Shown: positions 1-10,686, counted from the first letter of the stretch. The stretch: 64,000 nt of DNA from Bacteroidales bacterium (GCA_017631435.1 JAGBTG010000042.1:16028-80027); one strand, 5' to 3'. Program-made: numbers and translations. Notes: generated by a model not told the origin, from the sequence alone.

Positions 1-54
1 ATGAATGTTTCTGCTTCTGATGCAGAGGATGATGGCGGGGATTTGCCGTTCTAG
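1..54 (+). CDS. C-terminal end of an unidentified CDS entering from upstream (partial)
   Basis: The frame is open from base 1 to TAG at 52-54 (...DAEDDGGDLPF*) and is followed by a hairpin terminator. It is too short to assign a function. Confidence 0.3.
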   Translation: MNVSASDAEDDGGDLPF

Positions 55-72
55 AAAATAAAATTTGAAAAT

Positions 73-128
73 AAGGCCGGTTTCCAGTTTGGGATATCCA
101 AATAGGGAGCCGGCCTTTGTATTTTTTT
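73..128 (+). terminator. Rho-independent terminator
   Basis: Stem AAGGCCGG (73-80) pairs with CCGGCCTT (110-117), with an inner TTTGG/CCAAA pairing, followed by a T-run at 121-128. Confidence 0.6.
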
Positions 129-130
129 AG

Positions 131-138
131 TATATTTG
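131..138 (+). promoter_or_regulatory. Bacteroidota-type -7 promoter box (TAnnTTTG)
   Basis: TATATTTG lies 25 nt upstream of the ATG at 164. Confidence 0.4.
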
Positions 139-163
139 CCAGTTGTAAAAGGAAGATTATTCA

Positions 164-2455
164 ATGACAAACAATAAGAAAATGCTGTTGTGGGGAAGTG
201 TTGCAGTGCTGCTTCTGGCAACGGCAACAGTTTTTCTCTTTTTGAATCTTTCCGGCAATTGGAAAAAGGGAAGTTTTGAGGTTGGCGAGGGGAAGACATC
301 GGTATATCACGGAATCCCCAGTGATGCTGTGGCGGTATTTGATTTCAAGCATTTTGGCGATTATTGTGCCATGATGAGTGATACGGCCTCCTTTTTTTAC
401 GGCATGCCGGATGCGGGTAGCGGAATTGTGCAACTGCAGGAGCATTTTGCCGGTATGGAGCAGCTTCAGAGTGCTCCACTGGTTTTTTCCATGCATTATT
501 CAGCCAAAAACAGTGTGTCATTTCTGCAGGTCATGAGCCTTGCAGAAGGGGTGGCTGAACAGGTGGCAGAAGGATTGCAGAGTAAGGCAACCTCCAGGAG
601 AAAGTACAATGGCATAACTGTATATTCGGTTTGTTCAGATGCCGTGGCAGCCGTGTATGGGAACCTCTTTATGGCCAGTTCTTCATCCTATGTGCTGGAG
701 AGTTCTATCAGACATCTGGAAAACAATACTTCCATCTTGGACAAACGTGAATTTGAGAAACTGTTGAAGGACAACGGTGTCTCTTCTGCTGTATATATAA
801 ACCATAATCAGATTGGAAAGTTTTTCTCGGGTGTTGTGGAAAGGAGGTTTCTGGGGCACTCGGACTTTGTGATGAAATTTGCGTCATGGAGTTGCCTGAG
901 GATGTCGTTCCAGCCCGGAAAGATGATTCTCAACGGAGTGCTCGACAATTTTTCAGATGAGGGAAGATTCTCCAATGTATTTGGGCAACAGGCGGTTAAA
1001 AAGAGCCTGATGGGCAGAATACTTCCGGCATCCACACTTTTTGCTGTGTCAATGCCAGAATCCAATATGCATGAGTATCTCAAGCAGCATAATCTCTATC
1101 TTGAGATGCAGAAGAAGACAGGAAGTTTTGCGTACAGGCAGAAAATGGCACAAGGGGAAAACGGTATCTCTCCAAGGGAGTGGGTGGATTCATTGGCTAT
1201 TGAAGAACTGGTGAGCGCCTATTGCAAATTTGGCGAGAAATGTGAGTGGGTAACTGTAATAAGGGAGAAGCAGCAGTTTGGACTGAACAATATGATCTCC
1301 TCTGTAGTGGACAGGGATAAGGCTCCTGAGGTTGAGCCGTTCAGGTACAAGGGGTATCTGGCGTCTGTTTTTGGCGAACTGTTTGCGCATTGCAGTGAAG
1401 AGTATTTTTGCCGTATAGGTGCGTGGACTGTGCTTGGGTCAAAGACAGTGGTTGAGGACTTTGCAAATGGAAGCGCAACTTTCTTCAATCTTGAGGATTA
1501 TATGGGACAGACTCCTGCAAAGGGGGATATACATATGGAGTCTTCGCTTAAGCTGGTAGCAAATATGAAAGAGGCTGGAGATTCCGTTCTGCAGGTGTTC
1601 AAGCCATATTATAGGGGTGCTTTTGAAAGGCAGATGGCTGGCAGAAACTTTGAATTCGTTACTGCTGACCTCTTTTTTGCAGAAGGGGAGCCGCAGCTGA
1701 GGGCAAACCTCTATTCGTCAAGGATGGAGAGGCTGCCTCAGCCTCCTGAGCGCGGAGAGGATGATGTGATGACATTCAAGATAGACAGTACGGTGGCCGT
1801 TCCTGCAGGACCTTTTGAGGTGAAGGATGCAACCAAGAAGAGTGCGGCATATCTTGAGCAGCTTCCAAACATGAGGCTCAGATATATGGATGCCAATAAA
1901 AAGGGTGTGTGGGCCATACCGTTTGAGACACCTTTGTGCGGCTATGTTGAGCAGATAGACCTTTATGCAAACGGAAGACTGCAGATGCTGTTTGCTTCCG
2001 AAGACAAGCTGTATCTTCTCGACAGATTGGGAAGGTTTGTAAGGGGATATCCTGCCAAACTTCCAAAGAAAGTGGTGTTGGGGCCACGTCTGCTCAAGAA
2101 TGTAAACGGTATAAGGTATTCAATTCTTGTCCTTAATGAAGACAATACAATTTCATGGTGTGATGTTTCAGGAAAGCCTGTCGCCGGAACTGTAGATATC
2201 GTTGCTCCGGAATTTGTGAAGGAGCTTCCGGAATTCCTGAAATTGGGAGGCAAGAGATATTGGGTATTGAGAGCCCCTTCACAGTTGTTGCTCTATACAA
2301 TTGACGGCAAGAGGGTTGAGATGCTTGACAAGAAAAAGAAGATAGACAGGAGCTCGGATGTGACATTGCTGGAGGGCGGTAACCTTAAGGTAAAATGTAC
2401 TGACGGGAAGGAGTATTCCTGGAACATTGCCACAGGCAAGATTAAAAAATTGTAA
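164..2455 (+). CDS. Large membrane-anchored hypothetical protein (763 aa)
   Basis: Long ORF with an N-terminal signal anchor (LLWGSVAVLLLATATVFLFL). The C-terminal third has beta-rich repeats. No catalytic motif was recognised. The next gene starts 3 nt after its stop codon. Confidence 0.85.
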   Translation: MTNNKKMLLWGSVAVLLLATATVFLFLNLSGNWKKGSFEVGEGKTSVYHGIPSDAVAVFDFKHFGDYCAMMSDTASFFYGMPDAGSGIVQLQEHFAGMEQLQSAPLVFSMHYSAKNSVSFLQVMSLAEGVAEQVAEGLQSKATSRRKYNGITVYSVCSDAVAAVYGNLFMASSSSYVLESSIRHLENNTSILDKREFEKLLKDNGVSSAVYINHNQIGKFFSGVVERRFLGHSDFVMKFASWSCLRMSFQPGKMILNGVLDNFSDEGRFSNVFGQQAVKKSLMGRILPASTLFAVSMPESNMHEYLKQHNLYLEMQKKTGSFAYRQKMAQGENGISPREWVDSLAIEELVSAYCKFGEKCEWVTVIREKQQFGLNNMISSVVDRDKAPEVEPFRYKGYLASVFGELFAHCSEEYFCRIGAWTVLGSKTVVEDFANGSATFFNLEDYMGQTPAKGDIHMESSLKLVANMKEAGDSVLQVFKPYYRGAFERQMAGRNFEFVTADLFFAEGEPQLRANLYSSRMERLPQPPERGEDDVMTFKIDSTVAVPAGPFEVKDATKKSAAYLEQLPNMRLRYMDANKKGVWAIPFETPLCGYVEQIDLYANGRLQMLFASEDKLYLLDRLGRFVRGYPAKLPKKVVLGPRLLKNVNGIRYSILVLNEDNTISWCDVSGKPVAGTVDIVAPEFVKELPEFLKLGGKRYWVLRAPSQLLLYTIDGKRVEMLDKKKKIDRSSDVTLLEGGNLKVKCTDGKEYSWNIATGKIKKL

Positions 2456-2458
2456 TTG

Positions 2459-2764
2459 ATGGAAGGTTTTATAACGTTTTTGTTCTTTCTGGTTCTTTTT
2501 GGATGGATTATGGGTAAACTCTTCCCGATAATCCTTGCATGGGTGATAAAGAGGAAGATGAAAAAGGGGCAGATGAACGGAGGCTTCACAGGGTTTGGGT
2601 GGAACAGCGGAACCGGATTTGCCGGCTTCAACGGTTTCCAGCAGCAACAGGAGCCCTATGCGGAGAAGAAACAGGAAGGTAAAGTAATAATATCGGATAT
2701 CCCCAAACAGGAGAAGGTAATTGACAAGGAAGTTGGGGAATATGTTGATTTTGAAGAGAAATAA
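2459..2764 (+). CDS. DUF4834-like small membrane protein
   Basis: N-terminal TM helix, a G/N/F/Q-rich low-complexity middle and a C-terminal GEYVDFEE motif typical of Bacteroidota DUF4834 proteins. The ATG at 2459 is preferred over the TTG at 2456. Confidence 0.7.
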   Translation: MEGFITFLFFLVLFGWIMGKLFPIILAWVIKRKMKKGQMNGGFTGFGWNSGTGFAGFNGFQQQQEPYAEKKQEGKVIISDIPKQEKVIDKEVGEYVDFEEK

Positions 2765-4590
2765 TGGAAGATTTTAAAAGATTGTTGGCGTATGCCAAAC
2801 CGTACAAGAGATTCTGGCCGGGATACCTTATCCTGTCTATTCTCTCAGTAATTTTTGGAGTGGTGAACTATGCTTTGATAGATCCGCTTCTTACTGTGCT
2901 GTTCCAGCCTCAGACCATGGATGTTCAGCTGGTTAAACCTGAATTTGCATTGGATCCGGCATATTTTGAGGAGATTTTCTCGTATTACCTTACCAGGGTG
3001 ATGACAGGGAGCGGCATGCTCAAGGGACTTATGTTTGTATGTGCCTTATTTGTGGTTGCATCTTTGCTTTCAAACATTACAAGATACCTGTCGCAGAGGA
3101 TTCTTGTAAACATGAGGACCTACATCATGCAGAACATAAGGAGAGACCTTTTCAAGAAGATCTCCAATTTGCATGTGGGTTATTTCCATAACCAGAAGAA
3201 GGGTGATATCCTCTCTTCTATTTCAAATGATGTTACTGAGGTGCAGAACGGTGTGGCAGACAGTTTCCATGTCATTTTCAGGGAGCCTCTCCTCATTCTG
3301 GGATTCCTTGGGGCACTTTTCTATATGTCGCCAAAACTTACCATGGTTACTTTGCTTACATTGCCTTTCTCTGCTCTTGTGATTGGCAAGATAAGCCGTT
3401 CGCTAAAGCGCAAGGCTGCCGATACCCAGTCACTTATGGGCAGGATTGTGAGCCATTTTGAGGAGGCTGTTTCCGGTGTGAGGATAATCAAGGCCTTCAA
3501 TGCCCAGAAATATGTGGGGGAGAATTTTGAGGAGACAAATGCCAGCCACAGAAGGAGCAGCAGGAACATGTTCAACAAGCAGGAGATGGCTTCACCACTC
3601 TCCGAGTTCCTGGGAATTACAGTTGCGGCATCGGTACTGTTCTATGGCGGATGGCTTCAGCTCAGAGGTGAGCTTGGTATGGATATGCCTGCGTTTGTAG
3701 TGTATATCGGATTCTACTGGAGAGTGCTTGAGCCTGCAAAGGCGATGTCAAAGGCTTATGCCAGCATCCAGAGAGGTATGGTTTCAGGAAGGAGACTTTT
3801 TGCAATCCTTGATGTTGAGAACCCTATTAAGGAGAAGGCCGGTGCTGAAGAGTTGAAAGGTTTCAACAAAGGTATTGAGTTCAGGAATGTGAATTTTGCA
3901 TATGCACAGGAGCCTGTGCTCAAAAATATCAATCTTGAGATTCCCAAAGGGAAGATGGTTGCAATTGTGGGGCCGTCGGGAGGAGGAAAATCCACTATGG
4001 CAGATTTGTTGCCGAGGTTCTATGATATTGCAGACGGTGAGATTCTGTTGGACGGGAAGAACATTAAGGATTATACTTTGGAGAGCCTTATCTCCGTTAT
4101 GGGTATTGTTACCCAGGAGGCTATCCTGTTCAATGATACCGTGTACAACAATATTGCATTCGGTATGGAGAACGTGACACAGGAGGATGTGGAGAGGGCT
4201 GCCAAAATTGCCAATGCACATGATTTTGTGATGCAGATGGAGAATGGATACCAGACCAACATTGGTGACAGGGGTGCGAAACTGTCGGGAGGACAGAGAC
4301 AGAGGCTTTCAATTGCCCGTGCGGTGCTGAAGAATCCTCCAATCCTGATTTTGGATGAGGCTACTTCTGCGTTGGATACAGAGAGTGAAAGACTGGTGCA
4401 GGATGCTCTTACCAACCTGATGAAGAACAGAACCTCAATTGTGATTGCCCACAGGTTGTCCACCATAAGGAATGCTGATGAGATTGTGGTGCTTAAGGAG
4501 GGAGAGATCATTGAGAGAGGTACGCATGATACACTTATTGGAGCTGGCGGGATGTATTCAAACTTGTGCCAGTTGCAGAATTACAAATAG
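2764..4590 (+). CDS. ABC transporter permease/ATP-binding protein (MsbA-type exporter)
   Basis: Six-TM exporter domain plus an NBD with Walker A GPSGGGKST, signature LSGGQRQR and Walker B ILILDEATSALD. Its start overlaps the upstream stop (TAATG). Confidence 0.92.
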   Translation: MEDFKRLLAYAKPYKRFWPGYLILSILSVIFGVVNYALIDPLLTVLFQPQTMDVQLVKPEFALDPAYFEEIFSYYLTRVMTGSGMLKGLMFVCALFVVASLLSNITRYLSQRILVNMRTYIMQNIRRDLFKKISNLHVGYFHNQKKGDILSSISNDVTEVQNGVADSFHVIFREPLLILGFLGALFYMSPKLTMVTLLTLPFSALVIGKISRSLKRKAADTQSLMGRIVSHFEEAVSGVRIIKAFNAQKYVGENFEETNASHRRSSRNMFNKQEMASPLSEFLGITVAASVLFYGGWLQLRGELGMDMPAFVVYIGFYWRVLEPAKAMSKAYASIQRGMVSGRRLFAILDVENPIKEKAGAEELKGFNKGIEFRNVNFAYAQEPVLKNINLEIPKGKMVAIVGPSGGGKSTMADLLPRFYDIADGEILLDGKNIKDYTLESLISVMGIVTQEAILFNDTVYNNIAFGMENVTQEDVERAAKIANAHDFVMQMENGYQTNIGDRGAKLSGGQRQRLSIARAVLKNPPILILDEATSALDTESERLVQDALTNLMKNRTSIVIAHRLSTIRNADEIVVLKEGEIIERGTHDTLIGAGGMYSNLCQLQNYK

Positions 4591-4633
4591 AAACCAAACC
4601 TACAAAACATTTATATTATAAACCTTACACATT

Positions 4634-6292
4634 ATGGAAAGATCATTGAACAAAATTCTGGAGGCGAGCTTCAAGAAAAACTGGAACAGCCCTGCACTTT
4701 CGGATTTTAAGGGGGTTACCCTATACTACAGGGATGTTGCAAGGCGAATTGAGAAACTTCATATTATATTCAATACTTGCGGAGTTGAGAAAGGTGACAA
4801 GATTGCCATCTGTTCAAGGAACCAGGCCAATTGGGGTGTGGTATTCCTTGCTTGTATCACTTATGGTGCAGTGCCTGTTCCAATTCTGCATGAGTTCAAA
4901 CCGGGTAACGTACACCATATTGTAAACCACTCAGATTCAAGGGTGCTGTTTGTTGGTGATATGGTGTGGGAGAACTTGGCCGAGAGCGAGATGCCGGATT
5001 TGGAGGCCATTATCCAGATTAACGATTTTTCACTTCTTTGCTCAAGGAATGAGCATATTACAGAGACTAGGGAGCATCTTAACGAGATGTTTGGAAAGAA
5101 GTATCCAAAGAGTTTCGGACCTGAGGATTTGAACTATTATCAGGAGGAGAGCGGTGACCAGTTGGCTATGATCAACTACACCAGCGGTACTTCGGGGTTC
5201 TCAAAAGGTGTTATGATCCCTTATAGGGCACTCCTTTCAAACGTGCTGTTCGGACAGGAGGTGGTTCCTATGATCAACAATAAGAGCAATGTGGTTTCAA
5301 TGCTTCCTACAGCACATATGTATGGAATGATGTTTGAGTTCCTGTTTGAGATGACAGTTGGTGCACACGTGCATTTCCTTACCAGAGTGCCTAGCCCAAG
5401 AATCATCATGGAGGCATTTGCCACAATCCAGCCGGATGTGATCATCTCTGTTCCACTTATCATTGAGAAGATATACAAGCAGAAACTTCAGCCTATTTTG
5501 AACAAGACCAGCATGAAGGTGCTTTTGAACCTGCCTTTCATTGACCAGATGCTACAGGAGAAGATGAAGAATGAGCTTGTTAAGACATTTGGCGGCAAGT
5601 TTTATGAGATTATTGTTGGAGGTGCCGCTTTCAACAAGGAGGCTGATGAGTTCTTCAACAAGATTGGTTTCCCTTATACCGTTGGATATGGAATGACAGA
5701 GTGCGCACCAATCATCTCTTACGCTGCTTGGGACAAGGCAAAACTGTTCTCTTGCGGTAAGGCAGCTCCAAGAATGGAGATAAGGATTGCTTCACCGGAT
5801 CCGGTAAATGTACCTGGCGAGATTCAGGTTAGGGGAGCAAACGTGATGTTGGGATATTATAAGAATGAGGAGGCTACTGCAGAATCATTTACAGAGGACG
5901 GATGGATGAGGACAGGAGATATGGGTGTGATTGATGAGGACGGTTACCTGTTCATAAAAGGAAGATGCAAGAGCATGATTCTTGGCCCTTCGGGACAGAA
6001 TATCTATCCTGAGGAGATTGAGAGTGCTATCAATACAATGCCTTATGTAATTGAGTCTTTGGTGATTGATTCAAACGGTAAACTTGTTGCACTTATCTAC
6101 CCTGATATGGAGCTTGCTGGCAAGGACGGTATGGACAAGGCTGCAGTGCTTAAGAAGATGGAGGAGAATATTGCTGCAGTAAATGTGGATATGCCTAACT
6201 ATTCAAAGATTGCAGGTGTTAAGCTCGTTCCTGAGGAGTTTGAGAAGACCCCTAAGAAGAGCATCAAGCGTTATATGTATCAAAACAGCTAA
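4634..6292 (+). CDS. AMP-dependent synthetase/ligase (long-chain acyl-CoA ligase-like)
   Basis: AMP-binding motif YTSGTSGFSKGV, together with GYGMTE and TGDMG motifs. Confidence 0.88.
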   Translation: MERSLNKILEASFKKNWNSPALSDFKGVTLYYRDVARRIEKLHIIFNTCGVEKGDKIAICSRNQANWGVVFLACITYGAVPVPILHEFKPGNVHHIVNHSDSRVLFVGDMVWENLAESEMPDLEAIIQINDFSLLCSRNEHITETREHLNEMFGKKYPKSFGPEDLNYYQEESGDQLAMINYTSGTSGFSKGVMIPYRALLSNVLFGQEVVPMINNKSNVVSMLPTAHMYGMMFEFLFEMTVGAHVHFLTRVPSPRIIMEAFATIQPDVIISVPLIIEKIYKQKLQPILNKTSMKVLLNLPFIDQMLQEKMKNELVKTFGGKFYEIIVGGAAFNKEADEFFNKIGFPYTVGYGMTECAPIISYAAWDKAKLFSCGKAAPRMEIRIASPDPVNVPGEIQVRGANVMLGYYKNEEATAESFTEDGWMRTGDMGVIDEDGYLFIKGRCKSMILGPSGQNIYPEEIESAINTMPYVIESLVIDSNGKLVALIYPDMELAGKDGMDKAAVLKKMEENIAAVNVDMPNYSKIAGVKLVPEEFEKTPKKSIKRYMYQNS

Positions 6293-6294
6293 AG

Positions 6295-6735
6295 ATGGAT
6301 TCAAAACAGCTTCAGTTTGACAAGAGTTATTTGAAGATGGCCGGTATCTGGGCCCAGAATTCCTACTGCGTGAGAAGACAGGTGGGGGCACTTATTGTAA
6401 AGGACAGGAGCATTATCTCCGACGGTTACAACGGAACTCCATGCGGTTTTGAGAACGTATGTGAGGATGATGAGGGATGCACCAAGCCTTATGTACTGCA
6501 TGCGGAGGCAAATGCCATAACCAAGATGGCCAAATCCAACAACAGCAGTGACGGGGCCACCTTGTATGTTACCGCTGCCCCTTGTATGGAGTGTTCCAAG
6601 CTTATAATTCAGGCGGGTATTGTACGTGTTGTGTACAGGGATGCCTACAGGCTTACAGATGGCATAGAGCTTTTGCAGAGGGCTGGAGTGATTGTTGAAC
6701 AGATAGATGCCTCGCAGTTGGAGGAGGACAAATAG
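6295..6735 (+). CDS. Deoxycytidylate (dCMP) deaminase
   Basis: Cytidine/deoxycytidylate deaminase zinc motifs HAEANAI and PCMECSKLI. Confidence 0.9.
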   Translation: MDSKQLQFDKSYLKMAGIWAQNSYCVRRQVGALIVKDRSIISDGYNGTPCGFENVCEDDEGCTKPYVLHAEANAITKMAKSNNSSDGATLYVTAAPCMECSKLIIQAGIVRVVYRDAYRLTDGIELLQRAGVIVEQIDASQLEEDK

Positions 6736-6740
6736 TGGAG

Positions 6741-8342
6741 ATGGACGAGAAGAAACGCAGAAGACTGTCGCTGGTGATGTGGGCAGTGATGTTCCTGCTG
6801 GTTTGCGGACTGTATGTTGGCCAGCTGGGAACCGGACGCAGGGAGTTTAAGGTAAAGAGCCACAAATGGGACAAGCTGATGCTTGTATTGGAGCAGATAG
6901 AGCGTAACTATGTGGATTCGGTTGCATACGGTGATCTTGTAGAAAAGATCCTTCCGCATGTGATGGAAAACTTGGATCCCCATTCAATGTATCTCCCGCC
7001 CGTTGAACTTGAGGCTGCCGAAGAGTCCCTTGAGGGAAATTTCAGCGGTATCGGTATCCAGTTCAATGTGCCGGCTGATACTGCAATCGTTATAAGTGTG
7101 ATTGCCGGTGGTCCGTCAGAGAAGGCAGGTTTGCTGTCGGGAGACAGGATTGTGAAGATTGACGGCAAAGTTGTGGCTGGGGTGAAACTCAACCAGGATT
7201 CTCTTGTGAAGATGCTTAAAGGACCAAGGGGTACCAAGGTGAATGTTGAGGTGAAGAGGGATGATTTGGCAGAACTGATACCATTTGAGATTACAAGGGA
7301 CAGGATTCCTGTAAAGAGTGTGGATGTTGCACTCAAACTTGATGACGGTTTGGGCTATGTGAAACTTTCAAAGTTCAGCAAAACTACGTATGACGAGTTT
7401 ATGATGGCGGTTGCCTCTCTGAAGATTGAAGGGATAGACACTCTTGTAGTGGATTTGAGGGACAACTCCGGCGGATATCTGGGGCAGGCCCTGCTCCTTT
7501 CAAATGAGTTCCTTAGCAAGGGCGAGGCAATAGTATATATGGAGGGAAGGAACAGGAAAAGGGAAGAGTATAAGGCAGACGGCCGCGGCCTGTGTCAGGA
7601 TACAGAGTTGTATGTGCTTATAAATGAGAATTCTGCATCATCTTCTGAGATTTTTGCAGGGGCACTGCAGGACAATGACAGGGCAACCATTGTGGGGCGC
7701 CGTTCATATGGTAAAGGTCTTGTACAGGAGCCGGTATATTTCTCAGACAAATCCGGCATAAGGCTTACAGTGGCAAGATACTATACCCCAACCGGAAGGT
7801 GCATACAGAAACCTTACGGGGATGACTACGGCCTGGATATAGTTGAACGCTACAGGCATGGCGAGATGTTCTCTGCCGACAGCATAAAGAAGGTGGACTC
7901 GCTGAAGTATGTGACTCCAAAAGGGAAGGTTGTGTACGGAGGAGGAGGTATTATTCCCGACATTTTTGTACCGGTTGACACAACAGGAGTAACCGATTTC
8001 CTTGTGGCATGCAACCGAAAGAGCCTTATAGTGAAATACAGCAACCTTCTTGCAGACAGGTACAGGAAGGAACTCAGGAAGGTGGAGACCTTTGAGGATA
8101 TGGAGAAACTTGTTGCTTCCATAGATATGGAGGGGGGATTCCTATCTTATGCAAGGAAGAACGGAGTAGTGCCTGCAAGGGGAGAGTGGAATGAGTCAAA
8201 GGAGATTGTGCTGCTGCAGCTGAGCGGTCTTTTGGGCAGGTATACTGTGTTGGATGACAATGCTTTTTACCAGTATATCCTAAGGATGGACAACGTTGTT
8301 GATATGGTTAAACAGTTAAGGAAAGAAAAACAATTACAATAA
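6741..8342 (+). CDS. S41 family carboxy-terminal processing peptidase
   Basis: N-terminal TM, a PDZ segment (GPSEKAGLLSGDRIVKIDG), the S41 serine region NENSASSSEIFAGALQD and YGKG. A GTG at 6735 is an alternative start. Confidence 0.9.
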   Translation: MDEKKRRRLSLVMWAVMFLLVCGLYVGQLGTGRREFKVKSHKWDKLMLVLEQIERNYVDSVAYGDLVEKILPHVMENLDPHSMYLPPVELEAAEESLEGNFSGIGIQFNVPADTAIVISVIAGGPSEKAGLLSGDRIVKIDGKVVAGVKLNQDSLVKMLKGPRGTKVNVEVKRDDLAELIPFEITRDRIPVKSVDVALKLDDGLGYVKLSKFSKTTYDEFMMAVASLKIEGIDTLVVDLRDNSGGYLGQALLLSNEFLSKGEAIVYMEGRNRKREEYKADGRGLCQDTELYVLINENSASSSEIFAGALQDNDRATIVGRRSYGKGLVQEPVYFSDKSGIRLTVARYYTPTGRCIQKPYGDDYGLDIVERYRHGEMFSADSIKKVDSLKYVTPKGKVVYGGGGIIPDIFVPVDTTGVTDFLVACNRKSLIVKYSNLLADRYRKELRKVETFEDMEKLVASIDMEGGFLSYARKNGVVPARGEWNESKEIVLLQLSGLLGRYTVLDDNAFYQYILRMDNVVDMVKQLRKEKQLQ

Positions 8343-8354
8343 AACACATTAGTT

Positions 8355-8792
8355 ATGGCAAAACTTATTGGAATGGCCGCAGACCATGCCGGCTATGAGC
8401 TTAAAGAGGCTTTGAAACCCCTTTTGAACGAGTTGGGTTATGAGGTTAAGGATTTTGGAACCCATTCAACAGAGAGTATGGACTACCCGGATGTAGCTCA
8501 TCCCCTTGCTGATGCTGTAGAGAAAGGCGAGGTTTGTTGCGGCGTTGCAATGTGCGGTTCTGCAAACGGAATTTCAATGTCCTTGAACAAACACCAGGGT
8601 GTGAGGGCTGCTATCTGCTGGAATCCTGAGCTTGCATCTTTGGCAAGACAGCACAACGATGCCAATATCCTTTCGTTGCCTGCAAGATTTATCCCTCTTG
8701 AGATGGCTCAGGAGATTGTGAAAGCATTCTTTGCTGCTGAGTTTGAGGGTGGAAGACACCTCAGAAGAGTTGAGAAAATTGCCTGCAAATAA
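8355..8792 (+). CDS. rpiB: Ribose-5-phosphate isomerase B
   Basis: RpiB/LacAB-family length and motifs (DHAGYELK, CGSANGISMSLNKHQGVRAA). Confidence 0.92.
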   Translation: MAKLIGMAADHAGYELKEALKPLLNELGYEVKDFGTHSTESMDYPDVAHPLADAVEKGEVCCGVAMCGSANGISMSLNKHQGVRAAICWNPELASLARQHNDANILSLPARFIPLEMAQEIVKAFFAAEFEGGRHLRRVEKIACK

Positions 8793-8795
8793 TTG

Positions 8796-9533
8796 ATGAG
8801 CGAGTTTTTGACAATAGACAAGGATAATCTTCAGCTCCTTGGCGGGAATATTGATGATTATCCGGGGGGAGTTGTGCTCCCTATTGACAAGCCTTACAGA
8901 TGGACCTCTGCAGATGTGGTGAGGAAAGTGAAGTTCATTGCCCAGAAGCATTTCCACAAGAAGAACCTCAAGGTGGGGCATGCCGGTACCCTTGATCCGT
9001 TGGCAACCGGTGTGCTGCTTGTATGTTTGGGAAAAGCTACAAAGCAGGCGGAGGCGCTCCAGGCCCAGCAGAAGGAGTATATTGCCCATATTGAACTTGG
9101 AGCAACTACCCCTTGCTGTGATATGGAGAAGGAGATAGACCAGAGATATCCGTTTGAGCATATCACCAGGGAAATGGTTGATGAGGCTGTTAAGGGCTTC
9201 ATAGGAGAGCAGGACCAGATACCCCCAATCTTCTCTGCCAAGCTGATAGACGGAACCCGTGCATATGAGATAGCCCGTGCAGGGGAGGAGGTGGTGATGA
9301 AACCTGCAAGGATCACAATCTATGACATGGAGGTGCTGGAGTTTGATCTTCCCAAACTGGTGTTGAGGGTAAAGTGCAGTAAGGGTACATATATACGTTC
9401 AATTGCCAGGGACATGGGGGCAGCTCTGGGCAGTGGAGGTTATCTCACCGGGCTGGAGAGGACCATGTCGGGAGGATTCTCGGTTGGGAAATGTCTGAAA
9501 ATGGATGACTTGACTGAGATTATGAAAAAATAG
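8796..9533 (+). CDS. truB: tRNA pseudouridine(55) synthase
   Basis: Catalytic motif GHAGTLDPLATGVL plus the TruB fold length. The ATG at 8796 is preferred over the TTG at 8793. Confidence 0.93.
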   Translation: MSEFLTIDKDNLQLLGGNIDDYPGGVVLPIDKPYRWTSADVVRKVKFIAQKHFHKKNLKVGHAGTLDPLATGVLLVCLGKATKQAEALQAQQKEYIAHIELGATTPCCDMEKEIDQRYPFEHITREMVDEAVKGFIGEQDQIPPIFSAKLIDGTRAYEIARAGEEVVMKPARITIYDMEVLEFDLPKLVLRVKCSKGTYIRSIARDMGAALGSGGYLTGLERTMSGGFSVGKCLKMDDLTEIMKK

Positions 9534-9544
9534 TAGAAAAAATG

Positions 9545-9573
9545 GGGAAAATGAAACTTTCCCTGTTTTTTTT
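9545..9573 (+). terminator. Rho-independent terminator after truB
   Basis: Stem GGGAAA (9545-9550) pairs with TTTCCC (9558-9563), followed by a T8 run. Confidence 0.55.
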
Positions 9574-9584
9574 CGTATAATTAT

Positions 9585-9592
9585 TACTTTTG
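9585..9592 (+). promoter_or_regulatory. Bacteroidota-type -7 promoter box
   Basis: TACTTTTG lies 22 nt upstream of the queA ATG at 9615. Confidence 0.35.
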
Positions 9593-9614
9593 ACTTTTTT
9601 ATACAAAGAACAAT

Positions 9615-10664
9615 ATGAAATTATCACAATTCAATTTTCCCCTTACTATAGAGCAGATTGCAAAATATCCTGCAAAATTCAGAGATGAATCAAGGTTGTT
9701 GGTACTCCACAAGGCAACCGGCGAGATTGAACACAAGCAGTTCAAGGACATCATCAATTATGTTGAGGCAGGAGATACTTTTGTATTCAATGATACCAAA
9801 GTGTTCAAGGCAAGGCTTTATGGAAACAAGGAGAAGACAGGTGCCGAGATTGAGGTATTCCTTTTGAGGGAACTTAACAGGGAGCAGAGATTGTGGGATG
9901 TGCTTGTAGATCCTGCAAGGAAGATAAGAATTGGCAACAAGCTTTATTTTGGAGAGGATGATTCTCTTGTTGCTGAGGTTATTGACAACACAACATCCAG
10001 AGGCAGAACCTTGAGATTCCTTTATGACGGCAGCTATGAAGAGTTCCGTGATGCTTTGTTTGCAGTTGGTGAACTTCCGGTACCAAAATGGATCAGGACC
10101 AAACCTGAGGAGATTGACAACGAGAGGTTCCACAATATTTTTGCAAGGAATGAGGGTGCTGTGGCAACACCGGCGGCAGGTCTGCACTTCAGCAGGGAAC
10201 TGTTCAAGAGGATGGAGATCAGGGATGTGAATTCTGCATTCCTTACTTTGCACATGGGCTTGGGCCATTTCAGGAAAGTTGACGTTGAGGACCTTTCAAA
10301 ACACAAGATGGATTCTGAGCAGATGATAATTACTGAGGAGACTGCAGAACTTATCAATAATACCAAGGCTGCGGGCCATAAGGTGTTTGCGGTGGGCATT
10401 ACAGTTAACAGGGCTCTTGAGACACCTGTTACCACCAAAGGTGAGGTTAAGCCTTACATTGGCTGGACCAACAAGTTCATCTTCCCTCCTTACCAGTTTG
10501 CAGTGGCAGATGCTTTGGTTACCAACTTCCATATGCCACTTTCAACCATGCTTATGTCTGTGGCTGCGTTTGGCGGATATGACAATGTGATGAATGCTTA
10601 CAAGGTGGCTCTTGCAGAGGGTTACCAGTTTGGTACATACGGAGATGCAATGCTTATCATCTGA
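9615..10664 (+). CDS. queA: S-adenosylmethionine:tRNA ribosyltransferase-isomerase
   Basis: Full-length QueA-like protein with a typical N-terminus ([19 protein letters not shown]) and C-terminus ([12 protein letters not shown]...GDAMLI). Confidence 0.93.
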   Translation: MKLSQFNFPLTIEQIAKYPAKFRDESRLLVLHKATGEIEHKQFKDIINYVEAGDTFVFNDTKVFKARLYGNKEKTGAEIEVFLLRELNREQRLWDVLVDPARKIRIGNKLYFGEDDSLVAEVIDNTTSRGRTLRFLYDGSYEEFRDALFAVGELPVPKWIRTKPEEIDNERFHNIFARNEGAVATPAAGLHFSRELFKRMEIRDVNSAFLTLHMGLGHFRKVDVEDLSKHKMDSEQMIITEETAELINNTKAAGHKVFAVGITVNRALETPVTTKGEVKPYIGWTNKFIFPPYQFAVADALVTNFHMPLSTMLMSVAAFGGYDNVMNAYKVALAEGYQFGTYGDAMLII

Positions 10665-10686
10665 TGCAACTTTTTTAGAAAAGAGA

